From NCBI GenBank assembly GCA_044226625.1, contig JBGAGQ010000001.1, positions 32,001-96,000 of the forward strand: DNA of 64,000 nucleotides. The letters are read 5' to 3'. Below, one piece after another: positions 28,891 through 37,787 of the stretch (its first letter is position 1; every line of letters begins with the position of its first letter). Origin of the DNA: Thermoanaerobaculia bacterium. Lineage in GTDB: Bacteria > Acidobacteriota > Thermoanaerobaculia > Multivoradales > UBA5704. The notes beneath the pieces were generated by a model, which saw nothing but the letters and a program-made list of their open reading frames with translations, was not told the DNA's origin and made no database searches. A program made the translations under genes and the position numbers.

Positions 28891-31221
28891 ATGAGACGTC
28901 GCTCTTGGCTACCCCTTTGCTATCTTGCCACCGGATTCACGTTCTGGCTCGCCTTCCTACCCGACGCCGCCTCGCCGTCGGCGAATCCCGCCGCCGGCCC
29001 TCCATTCGCCGTAACGGATCGTTCCGCTCCAAGGCGTCTCGCGCTGTTGGTGGGAATCGATGACTACTCGGTTCCTCCCGGATCGCCGGTCACGCTCGCG
29101 CCGTTGCGCGGCGTGAGAAATCTCACCGGCGCCGTCCGGGATGTCCAATCGATGGCTCGCTTGCTGGTCGAAACGCAAAGCTTCGTTCCTGAAGACGTTC
29201 GCGTTCTCTCTGACCGGCAGGCGACCCGAGAGGCGATCCTCAACGCGATCGAGACCGATCTGATCCGCCGCGCACGCCCCGGAGACATCGCGCTCTTCTA
29301 CTACTCCGGGCACGGATCCCAAGTCCTCAACTCGGCTTCGAGCGAGCTCGACAAGCTGGACGAATCGATCGTCCCCGCCGATGTCCGGCTCGGCGCTCGA
29401 GACATCACCGACAAGGAGCTTCGCGAACGTTTCCTTCGAATCCTCGACCGCGGCGCCCTGTTGACCGTGGTGCTCGACGATTGCCACAGCGGCTCCGGTG
29501 CCCGCGAGGGCCTCCTTACCGCTTCGGTGCCCCGCGGGATCGAGCCGGATCTTCGCGACATCAACGATGGCTCCCCGGTGGGTCCCCTCCCGGAGGACCG
29601 AGGCGCGTTGGTCCTCGCCGCCAGCCAGGATTTCCAAAGCGCCTGGGAAAGCACGGACGAGCGCGGCAGATCCCGAGGCGCCTTCTCGCTCGCACTGGAG
29701 CGGGCGATCCTGGAACGCACGGAGGGAGAGCCCGCGTCCCAGACCTTCGCCCGCGCCCGGGCTCGGCTCAAGGCGGAACGCCGAATTCAGGAACCCGCGA
29801 TTTCGGGCTCGCCCGAAGCGATCGACCGCCCCTTGTTCGGTTTCTCGGGGGGAGCAGGAAAACGGCGCCCCCTCCTCGCGGTCGAGAAGAGCGGCGCCGA
29901 CGGACTGGTCGAGCTGCAAGGTGGGCTCGCCCTCGGATTGACGGTCGGCTCTCGGCTTCGTCTGGAGGGATCGGGAACCGAGCTCGAAGTCGTCCGCCTT
30001 GAAGGCTTCTCGCGCTGTACCGCCCGGATCGTTGCTTTCGGGGCAAACCGGAATCTCAACGCGATCCTCCCGGGTACTCTCGCCGAGGTCGTCCAATGGA
30101 AGGCTTCCCCTGGATTGCCCCTCCAAGTCTGGCTCGCCGAGAGCGACGGGTATCTGAAGTGCATCGAGATGGCGCGAACCTTGGCCGCCAGAGCCTCCAG
30201 CCGAGGGATGGGCTGGGTGACCGACCCCACCGAGACGCCCCCGACGCACGTCCTGCGCTGGCGCAAGGGAGGCTGGGAGCTTCTCGCGTCGGCCGCCGCC
30301 CCGCAGTCACTGGGAACCGCCATCGGTGCGGACGCGCTGCTCGACCGAGTGGGCTCGGCCGGGAGCCTTTTCGTCCAGCTTCCCGCACCTCCCGGTTACC
30401 TGCGGCGATTCAAGCTCGGTCCCGGAACGCCGAACGACGGAGTCCAGCCGGTGTTCGACCCGGAGCAGGCGGATTACCTGCTCGCGGGACGGTTTCACGA
30501 CGGCAAGATCGAATACGCCTGGATCCGTCCGGATGGCGCGGCCGACCGTCGGGCGAAGTCTCCCCTTCCGGTCCGAACCAGCTGGCGTCCCGCGGGCGCG
30601 CCCGATCCCGATAGCGAACGAGACGCCGCCGAGAACCTCGAGGCGAACCTCCTCCAGATTGTGAAGATCCGCGCGTGGTACCAGCTCTCCGGGCCGCCTG
30701 GCCAAGAGTTCCCCTACGACCTGGCGCTCCGCGGCCTCAAGAACCACCTCGACGTCGCTCCGGAGGGTTCGCTCCTCGGCGGAGAAAGGTACCAATTCGT
30801 CCTACGCCACAATTCCCGGCCGACCGGTTCGATCGTCCGGAGGTATGCCTACGTCTTCACCATCGACAGCCAGGGAGACAGCTCGCTCCTCTTTCCTCTC
30901 CTCGGCAGAGAAAATCACTTCGAGCCCGACTCGCAGACTCTCCGAGAGATCGTCCTTCCGCAGACGATGACGATCTCCGCCCCTTTCGGGCGCGATACCT
31001 ACTTTCTCCTGACCAGCGACGAACCGATTCCGAATCCCGGAATCCTCGAGTTCCGCGGTTTCCGTCGCCGGGGACCTCCGGGCGCGACCTGCCTGGAAGA
31101 GCTGCTTTCTCAGGTGGGGGGAACCAGCCGCAGCGACCCGCCCGCGACGACGATCGGATGGTCGATCGACCGATGGAGCTTCCAGTCCGTGGCACCGGCG
31201 GCTCCAGCGGTCCAACCCTGA
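28891..31221 (+). CDS. Exported caspase-like (C14) protease with DUF4384-like C-terminus
   Basis: ATG 28891 after AGGAGAGG; signal-like N-terminus; 'ALLVGIDDY', 'YSGHGS', 'LDDCHSG'; C-terminal 'YAYVFTIDSQG...LLFP...PFGRD'. Confidence 0.88.
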   Translation: MRRRSWLPLCYLATGFTFWLAFLPDAASPSANPAAGPPFAVTDRSAPRRLALLVGIDDYSVPPGSPVTLAPLRGVRNLTGAVRDVQSMARLLVETQSFVPEDVRVLSDRQATREAILNAIETDLIRRARPGDIALFYYSGHGSQVLNSASSELDKLDESIVPADVRLGARDITDKELRERFLRILDRGALLTVVLDDCHSGSGAREGLLTASVPRGIEPDLRDINDGSPVGPLPEDRGALVLAASQDFQSAWESTDERGRSRGAFSLALERAILERTEGEPASQTFARARARLKAERRIQEPAISGSPEAIDRPLFGFSGGAGKRRPLLAVEKSGADGLVELQGGLALGLTVGSRLRLEGSGTELEVVRLEGFSRCTARIVAFGANRNLNAILPGTLAEVVQWKASPGLPLQVWLAESDGYLKCIEMARTLAARASSRGMGWVTDPTETPPTHVLRWRKGGWELLASAAAPQSLGTAIGADALLDRVGSAGSLFVQLPAPPGYLRRFKLGPGTPNDGVQPVFDPEQADYLLAGRFHDGKIEYAWIRPDGAADRRAKSPLPVRTSWRPAGAPDPDSERDAAENLEANLLQIVKIRAWYQLSGPPGQEFPYDLALRGLKNHLDVAPEGSLLGGERYQFVLRHNSRPTGSIVRRYAYVFTIDSQGDSSLLFPLLGRENHFEPDSQTLREIVLPQTMTISAPFGRDTYFLLTSDEPIPNPGILEFRGFRRRGPPGATCLEELLSQVGGTSRSDPPATTIGWSIDRWSFQSVAPAAPAVQP

Positions 31222-31232
31222 AACGGGGAGAT

Positions 31233-34025
31233 TCAGCGGCTCAGAACGAAGCCGCCCGCCTGAGACACCGCCCAGCGGAGGCCCTGGGTGGATCTCAGGT
31301 CTCGCAGGCGGGCGACCTGGGTTTCGTGAAAAGCAGAGGCGGGATCGCGCGTCGCGAAAAGCCGCTCGTAGAACCGCTCCATGAACTGAGCCGTCGCTCG
31401 GTCGTCGACGGACCAGAGCGTGAAGAGCAGGTTTTCGGTCCCCGCCAGGGCGAATCCCCGTCGTAGGCCGAGCACCCCCTCGCCGTCTCTCGCTTCTCCG
31501 GTTCCGCTACGGCATGCGGACAGAACGGTGAGCCATGTCCGGCTAAGGTCGAGGCCCGCGGCCTCCTCCGCCGTCAAGATTCCGTCCGTGGCGGCCGGGG
31601 GCACCGATCCACGGCTCCACGCCTCGAGACTCCGCGCCGCGCCGCCCAGCAGGACGTAGCCGCGGTACAGCGGCAAACGGCTCAAGCGCGTCTCGACCTC
31701 GGAAGTGAGCTCGCCCCGCATCTCCCCGCCATGGGTCGCCAGATGGAGGATGCCGGGGCTCGGCCGCGCAAATAGCTCCCGCTCCGTGGCTTGATCCCCC
31801 GTGAGGACCGTCGCCTCCCAGCCCTGCGCTCTGGCGAGCCCCGCGAGGTGCCGCGTTTCTTCCCGCGCGTAAGGCAGGTTTCCGGTGCCGTCCGAGAGAG
31901 CGAGGACGCTCGGCATCACCGAGTCGGATCGAGGGCGAAGCAGATCGCGGCCTGAGCCTACGAGGGAGATCCGCCAGCGTTCTCCCAAAAACCGCTCGTC
32001 TCCATCCACCAGCGCAGCCCAGGGAACGAACTGGAGCGCTCCGTCCGGGCTGATCACGACGTCTCGGGTTCCCTCCGGAAACCGGGCGACGAGCGGACGC
32101 CAGAGCAGATCGAACAGCTGCTGAAGCGGGGCGGCCGGGAGCGCTAAATCCTCCCCGGGCAGATCGGGCCGGGCGCCTCGGCTCCGACCCTCCAAATCTT
32201 GCCGCAAGCGGGCGATCGATTCGTCGATCGGGCCGGCGGAGCCCAAGGGAACCCAAATCGGGGGCCCGGTCCGCGGCAGGACGACGGCACCGTACCGCGG
32301 ATCGAGCCGCTTTCCACTCTGATAAACATGAAATCGTACCCACTCGACGAGAACCTGCCCTTCGGCGAGCGCCTTCCGGATTCGCGCGAGATCGAATTTC
32401 GAACGCTCCGCACGGAGGGGCAAGGCGGCGGCTTTCGCCATCGCCGACTGCTCCGTGTCGATGGCGCGCGTCAAGTCCTCGCTTCGCTCCCGATCTTCGA
32501 CCCGGCCCCGGGCGAGGGTCTCCAAGGCGGCGAGCTTCAGCCCGTGGATTCGGTCGAGGCGTTCACGGTCCTCTGGACGGATGCTCCGGCGGGCCAGAAG
32601 GCGCTCCGAAAGAAGGGAGTCCTCGATCGCTCCCTTCATCCTCAACACGGCCTCCAAGAGGAGATCGGCGTCACCGAGCTCGGCGAGGTGGTCGTAATTC
32701 AAGAGGGTCCTTTGGTACGCGAGACGCTGCGTCTCGGAGCCGAACGCAAGGACTCGATCGAGCACCTCGCCTTTGAGGTCCAGGGCAACCCGGCCCAGCT
32801 CGAGGGCCTTCCTTCGTTCGCCGCGCCGAAGCGCGACCAAGGCGAGGCCTTGGTTGACTTCCGAAAGGAGAGATTGGTTCGGGAAGGCCTCTTTGGAAAG
32901 CACGGATTTCGTGTCCGCGAGGAGCGTTTCGGCCAGGCCGAAGTCGCCCTGATAGAAAGCCACGGTTCCCAAGGTCGCCCGAAGTGGGAAGTTCGAGGGG
33001 GCCCCGGGCTCGCCCGCCGGTTCGAGCCACGCCAACGCTTCTTTCAGCTCGTCTCGTGCCTGGTCGAGCTTTCCCATCTCGAAGTGGGTAGCACCCAAGC
33101 TGGAGAGGGCCTGTCCTCGCGCCCGCCCCCTCCCGGCAAGCTTCAACGCCTCGACGAATCGCGCTTCGGCGTCGTCCAGCCTCCCGAGGCATCGCAGCAT
33201 GGCGCCGAGATCGTTGACGATCAAAAAACGCGTCGAAACGTCCTCGACAGGACCTCGCTCCAGGAGACCCTCGAGAATCCTCTGGCCGGACTCGCAAGCG
33301 CCGGTCGCCCCGTAGAGCAGGGCCAGATTGTTGCTGGTCTCTTGAAACACGCGGCTCCGCCGCTCCCCCAGCTCGCGGAGGAGGTCGAGCGCCTGAAGGT
33401 AGGCACCCTCGGAAGCCTCCACGTCTCCGAGCAGGTGGTACATGGTCGCCAAGTTCTGGAGCGCAATCGCCCGCGATTCGCGCGCCCCGCGGTCCGCCTC
33501 GCCTAAGGTCGCCGCAACGGCGGCTCGGAACGACACCGCGGCTCGGGCAATGCTCCGGGCCTTCCACCGGTTCATTCCCTGGTTGTTGAAGAGCCAGGCG
33601 CGACTTCTCCATGCGTCGCTCCGGTTCCCGAGAGTGAAGAGCGCCTGCCCATAGAGCTGCTCGGCTTTGTCGAAGCGTCCCAACGAGGCATAGAGCCCGG
33701 CAAGGTATCCGACGCGAAGCGCGTCTGAAACGGGATCGTTCCCCGGAACCTTCCGAAGGAGGACCACCATCGTCTCGACGATCGGGATTGCATCCTCTAC
33801 TGACTTCTCCGGCAGCGGGAACGGGAAAGGGGATCCGGGAACGGAAACCCAACCGCCAATCGGCTCTCGAGGCAACGTGCCGAGATCGGGCGTCAGGAGT
33901 TGCGCCTCTTCCGAGACGATTCGTTGCTCGTTGACGTTCCGATCCGCTCGACCGCTCGGACCATCCGAAAGCAGGCCCAACATGGTCATCGAGAGAAAAA
34001 GGCCCGTTCGAGGGTTCCAAGGCAT
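31233..34025 (-). CDS. TPR + CHAT protease (CHAT-2)
   Basis: Multiple TPRs; 'LHLATHG', 'VLSACRSG', 'GEGVLGLRRGF..AG'; ATG 34025 followed by a hydrophobic stretch. Confidence 0.9.
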   Translation of the reverse strand: MPWNPRTGLFLSMTMLGLLSDGPSGRADRNVNEQRIVSEEAQLLTPDLGTLPREPIGGWVSVPGSPFPFPLPEKSVEDAIPIVETMVVLLRKVPGNDPVSDALRVGYLAGLYASLGRFDKAEQLYGQALFTLGNRSDAWRSRAWLFNNQGMNRWKARSIARAAVSFRAAVAATLGEADRGARESRAIALQNLATMYHLLGDVEASEGAYLQALDLLRELGERRSRVFQETSNNLALLYGATGACESGQRILEGLLERGPVEDVSTRFLIVNDLGAMLRCLGRLDDAEARFVEALKLAGRGRARGQALSSLGATHFEMGKLDQARDELKEALAWLEPAGEPGAPSNFPLRATLGTVAFYQGDFGLAETLLADTKSVLSKEAFPNQSLLSEVNQGLALVALRRGERRKALELGRVALDLKGEVLDRVLAFGSETQRLAYQRTLLNYDHLAELGDADLLLEAVLRMKGAIEDSLLSERLLARRSIRPEDRERLDRIHGLKLAALETLARGRVEDRERSEDLTRAIDTEQSAMAKAAALPLRAERSKFDLARIRKALAEGQVLVEWVRFHVYQSGKRLDPRYGAVVLPRTGPPIWVPLGSAGPIDESIARLRQDLEGRSRGARPDLPGEDLALPAAPLQQLFDLLWRPLVARFPEGTRDVVISPDGALQFVPWAALVDGDERFLGERWRISLVGSGRDLLRPRSDSVMPSVLALSDGTGNLPYAREETRHLAGLARAQGWEATVLTGDQATERELFARPSPGILHLATHGGEMRGELTSEVETRLSRLPLYRGYVLLGGAARSLEAWSRGSVPPAATDGILTAEEAAGLDLSRTWLTVLSACRSGTGEARDGEGVLGLRRGFALAGTENLLFTLWSVDDRATAQFMERFYERLFATRDPASAFHETQVARLRDLRSTQGLRWAVSQAGGFVLSR

Positions 34026-34060
34026 CCGAGGGCTCCTTTCGCCTTTGCGGACCGACGCGA

Positions 34061-36805
34061 TCAGCGCGCGAGAACGAAGCCGCCCGCCTGAGCTACGGCC
34101 CAGCGGATGTCTTCGTGCAGATCTCTCAATTGGCGCAGGCGGGCGACCTGCGTCTCGTGAAACGCAAGGAAGGGGTCCTTGGCCGCGAACAATCGCTCGT
34201 AGAACCGCTCCATGAACTGCGCCGTCGCCGCGTCGTCGACCGACCAAAGGGTGAACAGGAGATTCCGGGTGCCCGCCAAGGCGAAGCCGCGCCGAAGGCC
34301 GAGCACCCCTTCGCCCCCCCTAGACTCACCGCTGCCCGTTTGGCACGCGGAGAGCACGGTCAGCCAGGTGTGGCTGAGGTCGAGCCCGCTCACCTCTTCG
34401 GCGTTCAAGATCCCATCGGAGGAGGCCGCTGGAACCACTCCCCGACTCCAGGCCTCGAGGCTCTGTCGCGCGCCGCCCAGCAGCACGTAGGCGCGGTACA
34501 TCGGCTGGCGGCTCAGCCGCGTTTGGATCGCCGATTTCAAATCGGCGCGAAGCTGTCCGCCGTGCGTCGCCAAATGGAGGATCGTGGGCCCGGGCTCCTT
34601 GAAAAGAGCCGGCTCGGAGGCTTGATCTCCCGTCAGAACCTTCACCTTCCAGTCGTTCGATTCCGCGGTTTTCGCCAGCGTCTCGGCCTCCTCCCGGGCG
34701 TAGGGAAGGTTGCCCAGGCCGTCGGCGAGCGCGAGCACCGTTTTGCCTTCCGGAACGGGCGAGGACCGCAGCAGGTCTCGGCCTGAGGTCACCTGCGAGA
34801 TTTGCCAGCTTTCCGCCACGAAAACGTCCCGGTCGTCAATCAGCGCCGCCCACGGTACGAAATGCAGCGCGCCGTCGGGGCTCAACAGGACCCTTTTCGT
34901 GCCGGTCGGGAACTCCGCCGCAAGGGGCGTCCAGAGCCGATCGAACAGCTTGCGAAGGGCATCCTTCGCGTCGCTGGCGCCCCCCTCGGGCAGATCGGGT
35001 TTTGCGCCGCGATCTCCGCCATCCATCGCGCCGACGACCTTCTCCGCGAGGGCATCCATCTCTTCGGCCCGGGCGAGGGGAATCCAACAGGGCCTACCCG
35101 AGTGGGGAATCAGTACGGCGCCGTAATGGGGTTCGAGCGTTCCTCCCTTGACGGAGAGTCGATAGCGCATCATCTCGACGAGAACCTCGTCCGATGCGAG
35201 CGCTGCCTGAATCTTCGCCAGATCGAAGGGGGGGCGTTCGCCGCGGAGCGGCAGCGAGACGCTCCGTGCCAGCGCGGTCTCCTCCCGCTTGAGTGCCCTC
35301 GCGATCTCTTCGTCCTTGGCCGTGCTTTCCAATCCGCCACGCGCGAGGCTCTCCATCACCCGAATCTTCAGCGCGTGGATTCGGTCGAGGCGTTCGCGAT
35401 CTTCCACCTTGACCGCCCGCCTCGCAATGGAGCGCTCGGCGAGCAGCGAGTCGAGAACCACCCCTTTGAGACGAAGCACGGCCTCGGCGAGAAGAGGAGC
35501 GTCGCCGATCTCGGCCAGGTAGTCGTACAGGTACGCGTTGCTCTGATAAGCGAGCCGTTGGCTCTCCGACCCGAAGGCGAGAATCCGTTCTAGCTCTTCG
35601 ATTTCCTGATCGAGGGCCAAACGGCTCAGCTCCAACGCCCGCGCAGGCTGTCCTCGCCTCTGGGCGACCAATGCCAGTCCTCGATTGAGGTCCGACAGGA
35701 GCCACCGGTCGCGCCTCGTGCCGCTGGCAAAATCACTTTTCGATCGCACCCATCTCGCCTCGGCCGACGCGAGGTTCCCCTGCAAGAGATCGAGATTTCC
35801 CAGAGTCGCTTCGACTCCCCCCAGGAGGCGCCGGTCCGTCCGATCCGATTTCAAAAGCAGACCGCGGGCCTCTTCCGCCTCGGCGCGCGCCTTGTCCAAG
35901 TCGCCGGAGTCGGTGTGAGTTGCCGACAGAGATAAAAGAATCAAGACTCGGGAAGGACCGTTCCCCGCAAACTTCAGGGCCTCGCCGAGCCTCCGCTCGG
36001 CTCCTTCGAGATCCTTGACACCACGGAGCGCTTCACCCGAGTTCATGAGCAACGCCAAACGGAGGTTGGGGTTCCAGACTCCGCCTCGAGCGATCAGAGC
36101 GTCGAGCTGGCGACGCGCCCTCTCGAAGTCGCCGATCGATCCATAGAGCACCGCCAAGTTATTGACCGTCGCCTGGTATGCGGAACTGTCCTCTCCCGTC
36201 CCGCGAAGGAGGTCGAGTGCGAGGAGGTAGGCCTCTTCCGAGGCTTCGGCGTCACCGAGGAATTGATAAGCCGACGCAAGGTTCTGCCAGACGATCGCTT
36301 GCGGCTCGCTTTCAACGCCGCCCTTCTCGCCGATCACCGCCACGGCGGCCCGAAACGACTGCGCCGCTTCGGCATACCGCTCCGCGTTCAAGCGGGTCAT
36401 ACCTCGGTTGTTGAGAACCCACCCCAGGTCGCGCCCCGAGGCCTTGTTCCGCTCGAGGATCGTTTGCGCCTGGGCGTACAGATCCTCCGCTTTGGAGTAG
36501 TTGCCCGTCCCGCCATACAACCCAGCGAGAAACCCGAGGCCTCGGGCATACGCGGGCCCTTCGCCGCCAAACGTACGAATCCCCTCGAGAATCGATTGGT
36601 AAATCGGAATCGCATCTTGCACAGCTCCTTGAGGGACCGGAAAAGGGATTCCGGGAACCGAGATCGATCCGCCGATCGGCACGGGCTGCCATCTCGATCC
36701 GTCCGAGAGGGAGCGCGCCGATACCGGCCCGACGCACAACGGAAGGAGGACGGCGACGACCGCCGCCGTTCGGAAACCGACGTTTGGCGATCGCCGCCTT
36801 CTCAC
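34061..36805 (-). CDS. TPR + CHAT protease (CHAT-3), paralogue of CHAT-2
   Basis: Signal peptide 'AAVVAVLLPLCVGPVSA'; 'LHLATHG', 'VLSACQTG'. Confidence 0.9.
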   Translation of the reverse strand: MRRRRSPNVGFRTAAVVAVLLPLCVGPVSARSLSDGSRWQPVPIGGSISVPGIPFPVPQGAVQDAIPIYQSILEGIRTFGGEGPAYARGLGFLAGLYGGTGNYSKAEDLYAQAQTILERNKASGRDLGWVLNNRGMTRLNAERYAEAAQSFRAAVAVIGEKGGVESEPQAIVWQNLASAYQFLGDAEASEEAYLLALDLLRGTGEDSSAYQATVNNLAVLYGSIGDFERARRQLDALIARGGVWNPNLRLALLMNSGEALRGVKDLEGAERRLGEALKFAGNGPSRVLILLSLSATHTDSGDLDKARAEAEEARGLLLKSDRTDRRLLGGVEATLGNLDLLQGNLASAEARWVRSKSDFASGTRRDRWLLSDLNRGLALVAQRRGQPARALELSRLALDQEIEELERILAFGSESQRLAYQSNAYLYDYLAEIGDAPLLAEAVLRLKGVVLDSLLAERSIARRAVKVEDRERLDRIHALKIRVMESLARGGLESTAKDEEIARALKREETALARSVSLPLRGERPPFDLAKIQAALASDEVLVEMMRYRLSVKGGTLEPHYGAVLIPHSGRPCWIPLARAEEMDALAEKVVGAMDGGDRGAKPDLPEGGASDAKDALRKLFDRLWTPLAAEFPTGTKRVLLSPDGALHFVPWAALIDDRDVFVAESWQISQVTSGRDLLRSSPVPEGKTVLALADGLGNLPYAREEAETLAKTAESNDWKVKVLTGDQASEPALFKEPGPTILHLATHGGQLRADLKSAIQTRLSRQPMYRAYVLLGGARQSLEAWSRGVVPAASSDGILNAEEVSGLDLSHTWLTVLSACQTGSGESRGGEGVLGLRRGFALAGTRNLLFTLWSVDDAATAQFMERFYERLFAAKDPFLAFHETQVARLRQLRDLHEDIRWAVAQAGGFVLAR

Positions 36806-36808
36806 GAT

Positions 36809-37744
36809 CTAACTCCTCTCCTTCTGCGGCTGGACCCCCATCCCCTGCACGATCTGGTCGCCGTTGCCTCCGGTGACCGAGCAAAACGAGGTTCGCTCCG
36901 TGACGTTCGTGACTTTCACCCGGGCGCGCTCGTGGACGACCTCGTCGAGCGTCTCGCCGGTGTCGGGATCCGAAATGATTTCCGACTCGCCCACGACGAA
37001 CTCATCCCCGACCGAAACGCCTTCGCGCGAGCCCCGATTGAGGATGATCTTTTCGCCATCCACCTTGACGACCGAACCGCGCCAGGGCACCGAGGGGAGC
37101 TGCTCGACCATCCAAGGGATCACGTCTTTGATCGCCGTCTGCAGGGCCTCGTGTACGTTGTCCTTCTTCCCCGTGGTGATCGATCCCGCGTTCCCCAGTT
37201 TGTTCAGACCGAAGGAGATACCGTGTCCCTGCGCCAGTCCGACGAAATCCTTCGCGGCCACCAACGCGCCGGTCGTGGAGTCGATCATTTGCAAGGTGGC
37301 CCGAATTTCCGTCTTCGCTCGGTTCGCACCGATCTTGAACTGACCCAGATCGATTCCGCCCCCCTGGTTCGAGGCGTCCTTCTCGAAGTGGGTGATGACC
37401 CCTTTGACGAGAAGTTGTGCCGGGCTCATGCGACTCCGGACCGCCGTCTTCTTTCCCTGCACCGTCACACCCGACGCGCCACGTGCCTGCTCGTCGAGCG
37501 CGCTCTTCTGCATGTCGCTCTGCGCGACGACGATGAAATCGCCGCTTTCCTGGAGGGCCGTCGTCAACTCCGTCGCCCAGTCGTACCCGATACTGTCCGG
37601 AGCCTCGCTGTGGTTCTCGAACTTTTCGACGAAAACCGTATAGCGGAGCCCTCCGCTCGTACGGGCCCAGGCTGGTGAGAAGTGAAATGCGATTCCGAGT
37701 AGCAGACCAAGGCTCACGCTCTGAAGTCTTCGTTTCGAGTACAT
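36809..37744 (-). CDS. CsgG/HfaB-like exported protein with FlgT-C-like domain
   Basis: AAGGAGG RBS; signal peptide; 'FEN..ELTTAL..SG.F.VV', 'IDSTTG.LV'; C-terminal 'IILNRGS..GV.VGD.F...DPDTGE.L'. Confidence 0.75.
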   Translation of the reverse strand: MYSKRRLQSVSLGLLLGIAFHFSPAWARTSGGLRYTVFVEKFENHSEAPDSIGYDWATELTTALQESGDFIVVAQSDMQKSALDEQARGASGVTVQGKKTAVRSRMSPAQLLVKGVITHFEKDASNQGGGIDLGQFKIGANRAKTEIRATLQMIDSTTGALVAAKDFVGLAQGHGISFGLNKLGNAGSITTGKKDNVHEALQTAIKDVIPWMVEQLPSVPWRGSVVKVDGEKIILNRGSREGVSVGDEFVVGESEIISDPDTGETLDEVVHERARVKVTNVTERTSFCSVTGGNGDQIVQGMGVQPQKERS

Positions 37745-37787
37745 CGTGGTTCCTCCTTGAATAGGGATTGAGGGGTCCAGCGGGGAC

